Shown here: positions 50,370 through 59,429 of the stretch, piece after piece
Layout of the letters: each line of letters opens with the position of its first letter
Numbering within the stretch: the first letter of the stretch is position 1
Assembly (NCBI GenBank): GCA_963675595.2
Contig: CAXXLZ010000001.1
Location: forward strand, 1,280,001-1,344,000
Reading direction: 5' to 3'
DNA: 64,000 nt
From: Thermodesulfobacteriota bacterium
GTDB taxonomy: Bacteria; Desulfobacterota; Desulfarculia; JACQYL01
The notes under the pieces: model-generated
Seen by the model: only the letters and a program-made list of their open reading frames with translations
The model's database searches: none
Told to the model about the DNA's origin: nothing
Translations under genes and position numbers: made by a program

Positions 50370-50838
50370 ATTCTTGAACCTCCCAGCCGCCTCCGGGCTT
50401 CTTGGATTTTGGTGCGGCCATGCACCATATGTACATCGAAAAGCGCTCAGCCGCCGTCTTGAATTTTACCTTGGCATCGTCGGGCATGAATTTAAAGGTG
50501 CCCTTGATTTCCCAAAAGATCATCCTGCCGTCGGGCAACAGCTCCCAATAGTCAGGCGTGTACCAGCATTTTTTTGCCAGCCGGAATTTGATCTGTTCTT
50601 CTCCGTAGAGGTTTCCTCTTGGTTTTAAGAATTCTTCTTCGAACGCGATTTGAGTTTTTGAGCGTCCCTTTTGCTTCGGCGCCACGGCCCTGAAGTAAGG
50701 GTTGACCCGACCATCCCAACCACCCCGTTTCTTTACCCTGGGCGCCTCGTTTGATGTCGTCGCCGTCGCAGCAGGAGGCTGCTTGCGCCGTTCTTGATAG
50801 GCGTTAAGCTCTTCTTCTGTCATCCTTACGCCGGCCAT
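50332..50838 (-). CDS. PD-(D/E)xK nuclease (DUF1064-like resolvase)
   Basis: WYTPDY...WEIKG...DAKVKFK. Confidence 0.78.
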   Translation of the reverse strand: MAGVRMTEEELNAYQERRKQPPAATATTSNEAPRVKKRGGWDGRVNPYFRAVAPKQKGRSKTQIAFEEEFLKPRGNLYGEEQIKFRLAKKCWYTPDYWELLPDGRMIFWEIKGTFKFMPDDAKVKFKTAAERFSMYIWCMAAPKSKKPGGGWEVQEYGYRNDETRQPI

Positions 50839-50840
50839 TG

Positions 50841-51056
50841 CTAATCCATTCCCGCCATGAAGCGTCGAAACATTGACGCGCAGGCGTCGCACAGGTGAAT
50901 GGAGTGGAGCCCCTCCGGCAAGCGATACAGGTCCGTAGAGATCATGACTGGAACGTCGGACGCATACCACCCTATGGGCTCATGACATCGGCTGCACCTA
51001 TAAACGGCGGATTCGTTCATAACGATCGGCGGCAAGGCTGTATCGGCGTTGTTCAT
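50841..51056 (-). CDS. Small zinc-finger protein
   Basis: CSRC...LCDAC. Confidence 0.55.
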   Translation of the reverse strand: MNNADTALPPIVMNESAVYRCSRCHEPIGWYASDVPVMISTDLYRLPEGLHSIHLCDACASMFRRFMAGMD

Positions 51057-51319
51057 GGGATCACCATTTTTAAAAGTCCGTTGAGGTAAACGAGCGACAG
51101 GTATAAAGCCACGGCGATAACGCCCCATTGCCTGGGCCGGGCCCGGATTGCGGCGGCGATCCAGCACGGTTGAGCACAGAGGAGTATCCCGTATCCGGCA
51201 ATGATATATTGAGGCACCTGGGGAAAACCGGTCCCCATGGAGATTCCGGTAAGTCCCACGCAGGTGAGGATAAGGATAAGGATTTGCAGGGTTTCATCGA
51301 GCTGTTTAGGCGTCATCAT
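51053..51319 (-). CDS. Small membrane protein
   Basis: Three hydrophobic helices; QP.W...QWG. Confidence 0.6.
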   Translation of the reverse strand: MMTPKQLDETLQILILILTCVGLTGISMGTGFPQVPQYIIAGYGILLCAQPCWIAAAIRARPRQWGVIAVALYLSLVYLNGLLKMVIP

Positions 51320-51890
51320 ACTGTCCTTCTTTGTCTTCGATTCCGATAGGCGGCGGTGCCTGAAACGGCTGAACGGACAGCTCCAGCGTTACGGCCCCGC
51401 AAGTTACGGGATACCTGGGAGCCGTGCGTTGCAGCCTGAGAACCCGCCTAAGCCAATATTCGGAGGCCTCCTTCACCTTGGCTGCGGCGTCGGCCTTATC
51501 CTCTTCGGACCCGGCGGATTCGTAGCGTTCGATCTGGTTTCCCATGGCTGTAAAGAGCCGAAACGCGCTTTCATCTTGGTGCGTGAGCCATGTAACTCGA
51601 GATGAGGCGCTTTGCATGGATCGTTTTTCGAGTTCGGCGATTGAATAGAGCGCATTGGCGTAATGAATGAAAGCAGTTGTAATTACAGAGTTTTCTGAAA
51701 CTAGGTCGATCATGCGCATGTATTCGAATAGGGTAAAAAGTTCTTTTGGGGTGCGTTTAACCCGGGGTTTATCTTCGTTTTGGGGTTTCAAAACCGGTTT
51801 TACACCGAAAACTTCGGTTATTTTTTCTGCAACGGACCCTGCTTTATCCGGCATTAAAGCGGCTAAATCCTTCATTTTGGCCCCCGTCAT
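51306..51890 (-). CDS. Hypothetical protein
   Basis: 194-aa ORF in the early operon. Confidence 0.55.
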   Translation of the reverse strand: MTGAKMKDLAALMPDKAGSVAEKITEVFGVKPVLKPQNEDKPRVKRTPKELFTLFEYMRMIDLVSENSVITTAFIHYANALYSIAELEKRSMQSASSRVTWLTHQDESAFRLFTAMGNQIERYESAGSEEDKADAAAKVKEASEYWLRRVLRLQRTAPRYPVTCGAVTLELSVQPFQAPPPIGIEDKEGQYDDA

Positions 51891-52140
51891 GGAACACTTA
51901 GAACGTCATGGAACATATTAACTTATTATTATTATTATATTTATTTATATATGTTCCATTGTTCCATGAGTTCCATGAGTTTTGGTGAAAATTTAACTTT
52001 CATTCTTTTTTGCCGATTGTGAACAAGTTAAAAAAATGTTCCGCGTGATTTAAATTCTTGCGTTGTTTTCCATGGAACTCATGAAACAATGGAACAGTTG
52101 GTCGATTATTTAACGATTTCATATAGTTATACTGTTCCAT
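51889..52140. repeat. Putative phage replication origin (ATGGAAC/GTTCCAT iterons around an AT-rich tract)
   Basis: About 9 heptamer copies; near-pure AT tract 51915-51952; immediately downstream of the primase-helicase. Confidence 0.7.
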
Positions 52141-52182
52141 AACCTCTTTTCAGATGGCTCGGTCAATGGCACATGGAGCGTT

Positions 52183-54567
52183 TCAATTTACGTCGTCTCC
52201 GTCCCAGTTTATGTTCATCCCTCCGATGGCTTCTGAAAAGTCGTTCCTACACTGATCCAAGCCGGGCAAATCTAAGAACCATTCCCGCTTGCCTCCCATT
52301 TCCACGGTTCGATACACACGATTTACAGATGGACATAACTGCCTGATTTCTTTTCCGAATTGTTTGTCGATCATCGGAAAACGGTCTCCATGATTCCGGG
52401 CAAACTCTAAATAAGACGAGTGCAGCGCTCCGGCGGATACCAAGGAGTTCCAGTCCGAGTCGTCACAAAACACGGTTCCCCGTCGCAGCAGCTCGAACCA
52501 GAATTTTTTGGCCGACGGCAACGTGTGGATGGCCTGATCGAATAGAGCGGCCGTACGAGGAATCGCACGAAGATCGACCGGGCTGATATCCAGGTCGAGC
52601 AGATCATACAGCAGAGCCGACGTGCCGCCCTTCTCGTCCATCTGCTCAAAAATCTTGGTGAAATACTCGCGATCTTGCCGGTGATCGTTGGCTACATCGA
52701 GGACGCAGAACCTTCGCTCGTGCATGCCTGCCGGAACAACCCATTCGTTGTTGGAGGCTATGATGAGACGAATGTGATTTTTGACGGCGAACGGATCCCG
52801 GCCTTTGGGCTCTATCTGGATGACGTCCTCGGTTACCATGCCCTTGAGGACGCCTTCTGCGCTGCGGTCTCCCGCCCAAATGCCCTCGTCACAGAAAACG
52901 AGTGCGGCGTTTTTCAAGTGCGCGTTGAATCGGCCGGTAAGTTGGCCTTGATTCGTTATGTGGAGAAAATGGTTTCCGAATATGCGTCCGAAAATAGTGA
53001 CGAAACAACCCTTGCCCGTTCCCTGTTCCCCTCTCAACACAATGGACGTTCCAGGTCGTTTCTTCCCGAGATTCTGCACGGCATCGGCCATCCAGGCCAT
53101 GACGTAAAAGAAAATATCTTCTCGTCCTCCGCAAATCACATAATACAAATGGTCCCGGTATAGGTCCCAATCGCCTTCCTTCGGCTCGACCGCGAATCCC
53201 CGCCATAGATTGTAATAGCCGTTGTCCGATACCAGTGGATCGAACACGATCCCCTTGTATTTTCGTTTTTTCGGGGATTCAAGCCACACCTGAGAGATGC
53301 TGATGTCTTTTCGTTGTCCCCTCCCTCGGTCGGGATTGGGAATGCGCTGGTCCACAAGCAACCACTTAAAGTCGGGGATCGACTTCAGAGCGATATCCGG
53401 ACGTCCGAAAACCGGGTCTTTACACTCGCAAAGGATGCAGGTTTTGGACCCCATGTCCACCATGGCATACGTGCGGTTCAGCTCTTCGATTTCGCGGGCG
53501 TAGATTTCGTCGGGGGCTTTATCTTCTTCGGGGGGCTCGGCGGTTTCCCTGGGCAGGGATAACAAGGCTTCGGCGGTGTTATCCGCCTTGAACCAGTCGG
53601 TAAGGTCGCCCTTCTCTTGGGTTCCCTCCGGCCACAAAAGGATTTCGACCCTGGATGCATACTTTGGCAGGTACTTGGCGACGCGGGCCGCTCCTCGGCG
53701 TCCGGCTTCGTCGTGGTCATAGACGATCAACACGTCCAATCCTCGAAACAAAGCGTTCCACGAATCATCCCACGACGAAGCCCCGGCCGTCTGAGTGATG
53801 CAGTGCAGGCCGTGTGAGAGCCCGCACAGGCAATCGGATTCCCCTTCGCAGAGAATCAAAGCGGCGTTGTCTTTCCTGGCCTTTTCGATTTGATCATAAG
53901 GAAACAGCCTTCGGCGTCCGTAGGAATGTCCGTCCTTGTCTCTCGGCCAGTTAAAAAACTTTTCTCCCTCTTTCGCTCCCGGCAGGTATCTACGAACATT
54001 GACAAGGCGCCCGGCTTCATCGCGAATCGGGATCCAAATACGCTTTTCTTTCGGGTGATACCGAAGCTGGTAGGCGTCGATGACGTCCCGGCTCCACTTC
54101 CGGGAGTCATCGACGTATTTTAAGGGGAGGGGAATCGCCGGTTTGTCCAGAACGGACTCCGGGAGGGTTCTTTCCGTTATGATCGAGGAAGAAGATTCTT
54201 TGCCGGCGCCCTTCTTCGATTGTCGCTTTTTGGGGGAGGCTTGAGCGCTTGCCGAGGATGACGACGACGCGGGGCCGCCGTGCTTTTCCATGAAATCTTT
54301 GTATGCTTCCTTGGTCTTTTTGAAATCTCCAAAGTAGGTGCGCGCCCAAGCCTTGAGCATGTTGCCGCCGCCGCATTCGGATCGGCAGATATACATCCCT
54401 TTTTTGGGACCTTCAACACACGCTGAGAACGAAGCGTGGGCGTCGTCGTGCCATGGACAGCATCCAATGATTTGATCGCCCTGGCGCTTTACCTTATCCG
54501 GTCCGCCCATGAGCTCGACATACCATGCAGCCACGTCAATCAGGTCTTCAATGCGAATCCTGGGCAT
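52183..54567 (-). CDS. Primase-helicase (Zn finger + TOPRIM + DUF5906-like SF3 helicase)
   Basis: CPWHDD; LCEGESD, YDHDEAG; GEQGTGKG, FCDE, ASN. Confidence 0.9.
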   Translation of the reverse strand: MPRIRIEDLIDVAAWYVELMGGPDKVKRQGDQIIGCCPWHDDAHASFSACVEGPKKGMYICRSECGGGNMLKAWARTYFGDFKKTKEAYKDFMEKHGGPASSSSSASAQASPKKRQSKKGAGKESSSSIITERTLPESVLDKPAIPLPLKYVDDSRKWSRDVIDAYQLRYHPKEKRIWIPIRDEAGRLVNVRRYLPGAKEGEKFFNWPRDKDGHSYGRRRLFPYDQIEKARKDNAALILCEGESDCLCGLSHGLHCITQTAGASSWDDSWNALFRGLDVLIVYDHDEAGRRGAARVAKYLPKYASRVEILLWPEGTQEKGDLTDWFKADNTAEALLSLPRETAEPPEEDKAPDEIYAREIEELNRTYAMVDMGSKTCILCECKDPVFGRPDIALKSIPDFKWLLVDQRIPNPDRGRGQRKDISISQVWLESPKKRKYKGIVFDPLVSDNGYYNLWRGFAVEPKEGDWDLYRDHLYYVICGGREDIFFYVMAWMADAVQNLGKKRPGTSIVLRGEQGTGKGCFVTIFGRIFGNHFLHITNQGQLTGRFNAHLKNAALVFCDEGIWAGDRSAEGVLKGMVTEDVIQIEPKGRDPFAVKNHIRLIIASNNEWVVPAGMHERRFCVLDVANDHRQDREYFTKIFEQMDEKGGTSALLYDLLDLDISPVDLRAIPRTAALFDQAIHTLPSAKKFWFELLRRGTVFCDDSDWNSLVSAGALHSSYLEFARNHGDRFPMIDKQFGKEIRQLCPSVNRVYRTVEMGGKREWFLDLPGLDQCRNDFSEAIGGMNINWDGDDVN

Positions 54568-54788
54568 ACTCCGGCCGTTTCCAGTCTGCGGATGTCAAAG
54601 AGAGATACGAAAAAAATAGAAGTCGGGCTGGTGGCTGCGCCCGACTATACAGCCCCGTCTCACGCTTCGGACAGACGGGTGTCCGCCCCATCAATCACCC
54701 ACCAGAAGAGAAGAGGTCCGACCGCTTCGCGTCTCTATCGAGACGCTACTGTAACGCCCCGGCCGCGGGCGGGAGGTAGTCTCGGCGA

Positions 54789-54962
54789 CTACAATTCATT
54801 TTCAAGTTCCTTTGTAGCGAAATACACGGATAAAATGTAGGCAATTTGTTCTTCCGGGCTGCGGAAAGCAGCCTGGGCGCTTTGTCGTACCGTATCGGCC
54901 AGCTCTTTACGCGATCGCAGATCCACAATAAAAAGATCGTCACATGCAGCTATCGTCGGCAT
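54789..54962 (-). CDS. Small Arc/RHH-like regulator
   Basis: AQAAFRSPEEQIAYIL. Confidence 0.5.
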   Translation of the reverse strand: MPTIAACDDLFIVDLRSRKELADTVRQSAQAAFRSPEEQIAYILSVYFATKELENEL

Positions 54963-55212
54963 AAGATACAGTCTCCAGTGTATTTTGGGATTTTGGGTTG
55001 CTCGTTGAGTCGTGGCCGATATATCCTGATAATGACAGAATTTCTTTCCCTTTGAGTAGGATATATTCGCGCACCAATATGGGAATGTTTGCGTGTCCGT
55101 TGCGATAACTGCGATATCGAACGACGCTGATACCCAGTTTTCGAGCCGCGTTGGAATGGTTGCCGGTGGCGACACGCAGAGCTTCAAACATTTGTTCAAG
55201 CGTTTTGGTCAT
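54940..55212 (-). CDS. Cro-like HTH regulator
   Basis: NHSNAARKLGISVVRYRSYRNG; divergent from the repressor. Confidence 0.65.
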   Translation of the reverse strand: MTKTLEQMFEALRVATGNHSNAARKLGISVVRYRSYRNGHANIPILVREYILLKGKEILSLSGYIGHDSTSNPKSQNTLETVSYADDSCM

Positions 55213-55270
55213 TCGGCGGATGGTAGTCTGTTTTGCTCTATGCTTGCAAGGTTTTTTTGGGGAGCTTTTT

Positions 55271-55582
55271 ATGCAGATTAACGAGGAAACCGTAGAGCGT
55301 AATCTGGTTCGCGTTGCCGAAAAGTTGGGCAAAAAGAAAGGAATGAATAATTCCGAAGTGGCACGGCGAGCGTTTGGCGATAAAGGCAGTTCAATTACGC
55401 GATGGCGCAAGATGAGGAATCAAAATCAGCGCCTACGGCTGGCCGACGCAATGAAAATCGCAAAAGCGTTGGACGTTCCACTGGACTATTTATTGCACGT
55501 TACGGCTCTGGCGATGCGCTTTAGAGCGGAATCGTTGTCGCCCCCGATTCTGCTCGAAGAAGATGATCAATCCGCCACATAA
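55271..55582 (+). CDS. XRE-family HTH repressor (cI-like, no peptidase domain)
   Basis: MNNSEVARRA...LADAMKIAKALDVPLDYLL. Confidence 0.75.
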   Translation: MQINEETVERNLVRVAEKLGKKKGMNNSEVARRAFGDKGSSITRWRKMRNQNQRLRLADAMKIAKALDVPLDYLLHVTALAMRFRAESLSPPILLEEDDQSAT

Positions 55583-55605
55583 ATCCGCCACATAAATCCG
55601 CCACA
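55569..55605 (+). repeat. Tandem 13-bp repeat AATCCGCCACATA, about 3 copies
   Basis: Read directly; overlaps the repressor stop codon. Confidence 0.85.
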
Positions 55606-55861
55606 CTCGGCCGGCGCGTGCCGCCGTTCGGAATCATTCGATTTTATCTTGCCAAGTAGTCGGTTTTCGACTACATTGCGTTTCCAGTTGAACGCACGTT
55701 TCTTCGCGTGGTTCGGCCGTCCGCCCCTAAGGGCAATGCACGGCGCACGGATGGAAGGTGCGGCATGTAACAACCTCAAGGCTTAGTTCCGTCATTATAA
55801 CCAAACAAAAAAACGACCCGACACGCGGGACAGGATACGTGTGTCCAAAGAAGGGAGGAGC

Positions 55862-56614
55862 ATGCAAGGGCAGGATTTTCAGATCGTTCAAGAGATTTGG
55901 TCTCGTATTACGAGGGCGCATAAGCGGGAACAGATTCTGGTAACCTTTAACGGGATAGGTTTTGATCTTCCTATTCTCCACCGACGGGCCATGCTTCAGG
56001 ATATTTCCGCGGACCCGCTGCTGTACCAATTTCTCACGCAACGATATCAACGCACCCCCCATTTCGACATTATGCAAGTGATGGCTCAGTGGGATAGGTC
56101 GAACTGGAAGAAGTTGGACTTCTTTCTCAAGCTGTTCGGGTTGGGCGGAAAAACCCCGGGGATGAACGGCGCCCAAGTATATCCGGCCCTGAAGGAAGGC
56201 CGATATCAAGACGTGATCGACTATTGTAGACAGGATATCGAGATGACCCGAGCCCTGTTTCGGCGCATCGAACCCTGGTTTTTGATCAACCCTCCAAACG
56301 AAATTCTCGTGCTCGACATCGAGACGTGTCCGAATCAGTCCATTGATCCACACGATATTTACGAATTTGATCCGGACGTGGTGAAGCTCGGCAACCTCAA
56401 AGACCCCTTTAAAATCGAAGCCAAAAAGGCCGAAGCCGAAGCCGAATTTTGGGCCAACATCGACCGCAAAATGAGCTTCGACCCCGATGGGTGCCAGGTC
56501 GTGTGTGTCGGCATATATGATTCGTTGGAGGATGAAACTGTCGTGGTGAATGATTTGGACAATCTCCACATCAGAATGTCGTTGGAGGATGCATTGAAGG
56601 CGGTGAACGCATGA
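55862..56614 (+). CDS. DEDDy 3'-5' exonuclease (PolB-exo-like), circularly permuted
   Basis: ExoII TFNGIGFD, then ExoIII YCRQD, then ExoI LDIET. Confidence 0.82.
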   Translation: MQGQDFQIVQEIWSRITRAHKREQILVTFNGIGFDLPILHRRAMLQDISADPLLYQFLTQRYQRTPHFDIMQVMAQWDRSNWKKLDFFLKLFGLGGKTPGMNGAQVYPALKEGRYQDVIDYCRQDIEMTRALFRRIEPWFLINPPNEILVLDIETCPNQSIDPHDIYEFDPDVVKLGNLKDPFKIEAKKAEAEAEFWANIDRKMSFDPDGCQVVCVGIYDSLEDETVVVNDLDNLHIRMSLEDALKAVNA

Positions 56615-56802
56615 CGGACCTATTTTTGGTGATTGTCTGCGCGGTGGTGTTGATCGCCGTGTTGTCTCAGTAAGAAAAACATAGGCGGCAACACCACCGA
56701 GGCAAGGGCGGCGACGTGGGCGGCAAGGAAGAATTCTTCGAGCCTTGATCTTCTCTCGTTGGCCGAGCAGGCAATGAAATACGAAGGAGGAAACGCGGAA
56801 TT

Positions 56803-58083
56803 ATGAACAACAAAATCGTCCGCCTTCGGGCGGAAAACATCAAAAGGCTGTCTGCCGTGGAGATTACACCCGAGGGCAACGTCGTCGTAATCGGCGGGCA
56901 AAACGCTCAGGGTAAATCGTCCGTACTGGACAGCATCATGTACGCCTTAGCCGGCGCACGCTCCATTCCATCTCGCCCGGTTCGGGACGGGGCCGACAAA
57001 GGGATTATATCGCTCGACCTGGGGGACATTACGGTAACGCGATCTTTTACGGCGGCCGGCAACTCGTACATCCAAGTAGAGAACGCCGACGGGTACACCG
57101 CAAAGTCACCACAACAATTACTCGACAAACTGACCGGTGCGCTGTGCTTTGATCCCCTGGAGTTTTCACGCAAGGACAAAAAAGCCCAACTCGCCGTCTT
57201 GAAAGAACTTCTCGGGCTGGACTTTACCGAAGAGGACAAGAAGCGGAAAGAGCTTTATGACGCGCGAACCCTCACCAACAAGCAAATCGCCCAACTCAAG
57301 ACGAAGCTCGCCGATCACGCCGAAGACCCCGGAGCCCCCACGGAACGAGTCTCCGTTAAATCGCTTCTGGAAGATTTGGAAGCGGCTCGAGGGATCAACC
57401 GAGACAACGAAGGGAAACGGGCGCTACTGAACGCGCTACAGATTCGGATCAAAGAAAAAGAGCAAGGCGTCTTGAACCTACAGTGGCAGATAGAGGCCCT
57501 TCAGCGTGATCTCGAGCAACTCTATCGACAGCGCCACGAGCAGGACGTCATCATCAACGGACTGACCTGGGCCGACGAAAAGGGCATCCAACATAACATC
57601 GCCCAAGCGGAGGAAATCAATAACCGCGTCGATGCACAGCGGCAGCGCGGCCTGATCCTCGACGACCTGAAGGAGCTGGAAGCATCCGCCGTCGTCCTGA
57701 CTGAAAAGATCACGAAAATCGACAGAGACAAGGCGGAAGCGGTCGCGTCAAAGCCGTTTCCCATGGAAGGGTTGTCGTTCAACGAGGAAGGCGTTTTGTA
57801 CCAGGGTATACCTCTCGACCAGGCGTCCAGCGCCGAGCAGTTGCGGGTGTCGGTCGCCATGGGCTTTGCGTTGCATCCGCAACTGAAAGTCCTGTTGATC
57901 CGGGACGGTTCCCTTCTCGACAACGACAACCTCGCGTTGATCGCCGACATGGCCGCGAAGGAGGACGGGCAAATCTGGATCGAGCGTGTGGGCGAAGGGC
58001 AAGAGTGCCAGGTTATCATCGAAGACGGACACGTGAAAGGCAAAGTTTCCGCGGAAGAACCAGAGCCGGCGGAGGCCGCGTAA
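56803..58083 (+). CDS. SMC/Rad50-like ATPase
   Basis: AENIKR; GQNAQGKSS; coiled coil; ASSAEQ signature; LIRDGSLLD. Confidence 0.85.
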   Translation: MNNKIVRLRAENIKRLSAVEITPEGNVVVIGGQNAQGKSSVLDSIMYALAGARSIPSRPVRDGADKGIISLDLGDITVTRSFTAAGNSYIQVENADGYTAKSPQQLLDKLTGALCFDPLEFSRKDKKAQLAVLKELLGLDFTEEDKKRKELYDARTLTNKQIAQLKTKLADHAEDPGAPTERVSVKSLLEDLEAARGINRDNEGKRALLNALQIRIKEKEQGVLNLQWQIEALQRDLEQLYRQRHEQDVIINGLTWADEKGIQHNIAQAEEINNRVDAQRQRGLILDDLKELEASAVVLTEKITKIDRDKAEAVASKPFPMEGLSFNEEGVLYQGIPLDQASSAEQLRVSVAMGFALHPQLKVLLIRDGSLLDNDNLALIADMAAKEDGQIWIERVGEGQECQVIIEDGHVKGKVSAEEPEPAEAA

Positions 58084-58379
58084 TGCTTGAAAATCAACGG
58101 TACATTAGGCCGCAGATTGTGGTGGAGGCATTCCAATGGACCGGAAACCCGGGCGACGACAATCCGGAGTGGGTGCGTGACGCGTACGACGATGGCAGGA
58201 TAAGGCTTGAGTGGAAAGGCGACGATTTTGAGAGATACCACTTGGCGTTCATCGAAGACTATATCATCCATTACGTTAAGCCGGGCGATTGGCTTATTCT
58301 GCTCCCGAATGGAAGAGTAACCAAGTGCAACAAAGACGACTTTTCCAACGATTATTGCCCGGTACAACAGCCCTTATAG
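58083..58379 (+). CDS. Phage hypothetical protein (VEAFQWTG...PGDW type)
   Basis: TAATG coupling; common phage motif. Confidence 0.65.
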   Translation: MLENQRYIRPQIVVEAFQWTGNPGDDNPEWVRDAYDDGRIRLEWKGDDFERYHLAFIEDYIIHYVKPGDWLILLPNGRVTKCNKDDFSNDYCPVQQPL

Positions 58380-58389
58380 GAGAATATCA

Positions 58390-59169
58390 GTGTCCAACGA
58401 AGTAGCAGTAAAAGACAACATTGAGGCCGGACTACCGGCCATTCCCGAGGAATACACCGGATATGAGGGCATGGATGTTTCGGCGTTCGTCGTGCCGAGA
58501 ATGAAGCTGTGTCAACCGATGTCGAAGGAAGGCACGGCCGGTAAGTTTCGCCTCAACCTCACCGGTGAAGAGTTCGCAACCATCAAGGCCGCGGTGCTCA
58601 AAATGAACCGGGGCCGCATCTGGTGGAATAAAGACGATTTGACGGCCGACGAACCGCTGTGTCGATCCCTGGACTTCATGAAACCCGATCCGCGCATTCC
58701 CGATCCGCCGGATTCCAGGTGTGCCGATATGATCAACGGACGGCTGACCCAGGTGTGCATCAAGTCCAAATGGATCGACGGCGAACGGCCCCCCTGCCAT
58801 GAAACCTTCAACATGCTCTGTTTGGATTTGCAGACGGAAGTCCCGTTCTGGATCAGTGTCCATGGTAAGTCCATATCCGGGGTACGAAAATTCCTGTCGA
58901 GCATTGCCCTGCGGAAGAAAAAACTCTTTGATTTCAGGACCGTGTTGTACTCGGAAGAAAAAAAAGAGCCTACGAAACATTTCGTGCTTTGTTTCGAGCC
59001 GCCGGTTCCCATCGAGGACGACATCAAGCCGCTGGTATATGCCGCCGTGCAGGAATTCCACGACGTGGACATTGCCGCGACGTATGACGCCGAGGAAGCG
59101 GTCAAGACGGCTGGCGCCGAGGGCGGATCCGGCGGGGACGAAGAGCCCGATTGGGTGAAGGAGGGATAG
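58390..59169 (+). CDS. Putative ssDNA-binding/recombination protein
   Basis: VPRMKLCQPMS; acidic tail ending PDW; operon position. Confidence 0.55.
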   Translation: MSNEVAVKDNIEAGLPAIPEEYTGYEGMDVSAFVVPRMKLCQPMSKEGTAGKFRLNLTGEEFATIKAAVLKMNRGRIWWNKDDLTADEPLCRSLDFMKPDPRIPDPPDSRCADMINGRLTQVCIKSKWIDGERPPCHETFNMLCLDLQTEVPFWISVHGKSISGVRKFLSSIALRKKKLFDFRTVLYSEEKKEPTKHFVLCFEPPVPIEDDIKPLVYAAVQEFHDVDIAATYDAEEAVKTAGAEGGSGGDEEPDWVKEG

Positions 59170-59172
59170 CGC

Positions 59173-59427
59173 ATGAAAAACGGCGAAGTCAAAGGGAAAG
59201 AGCGGCCGAGTAAACGATGTCCGCTCGGGACATTGTACAATAAAGAGAAATCAACAGGCGAAGAGTCCACGTTCATCGTGCCGGCATGTTTCGCCAAGGA
59301 GTGCGGGTTTGGAGTTTACGATGAAGCTTCCGGAGAATGGGTGTGCAGCGTCTTTATGCTTCAAAAACGTCTGTTCAATCTGTCCGTTACTCTTGAGTTC
59401 TTCTTTCAAGTATATCGGGATAAGTAA
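59173..59427 (+). CDS. Small Cys-containing hypothetical protein
   Basis: CP...C...C...C pattern; GGAGG RBS. Confidence 0.55.
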   Translation: MKNGEVKGKERPSKRCPLGTLYNKEKSTGEESTFIVPACFAKECGFGVYDEASGEWVCSVFMLQKRLFNLSVTLEFFFQVYRDK

Positions 59428-59429
59428 TC

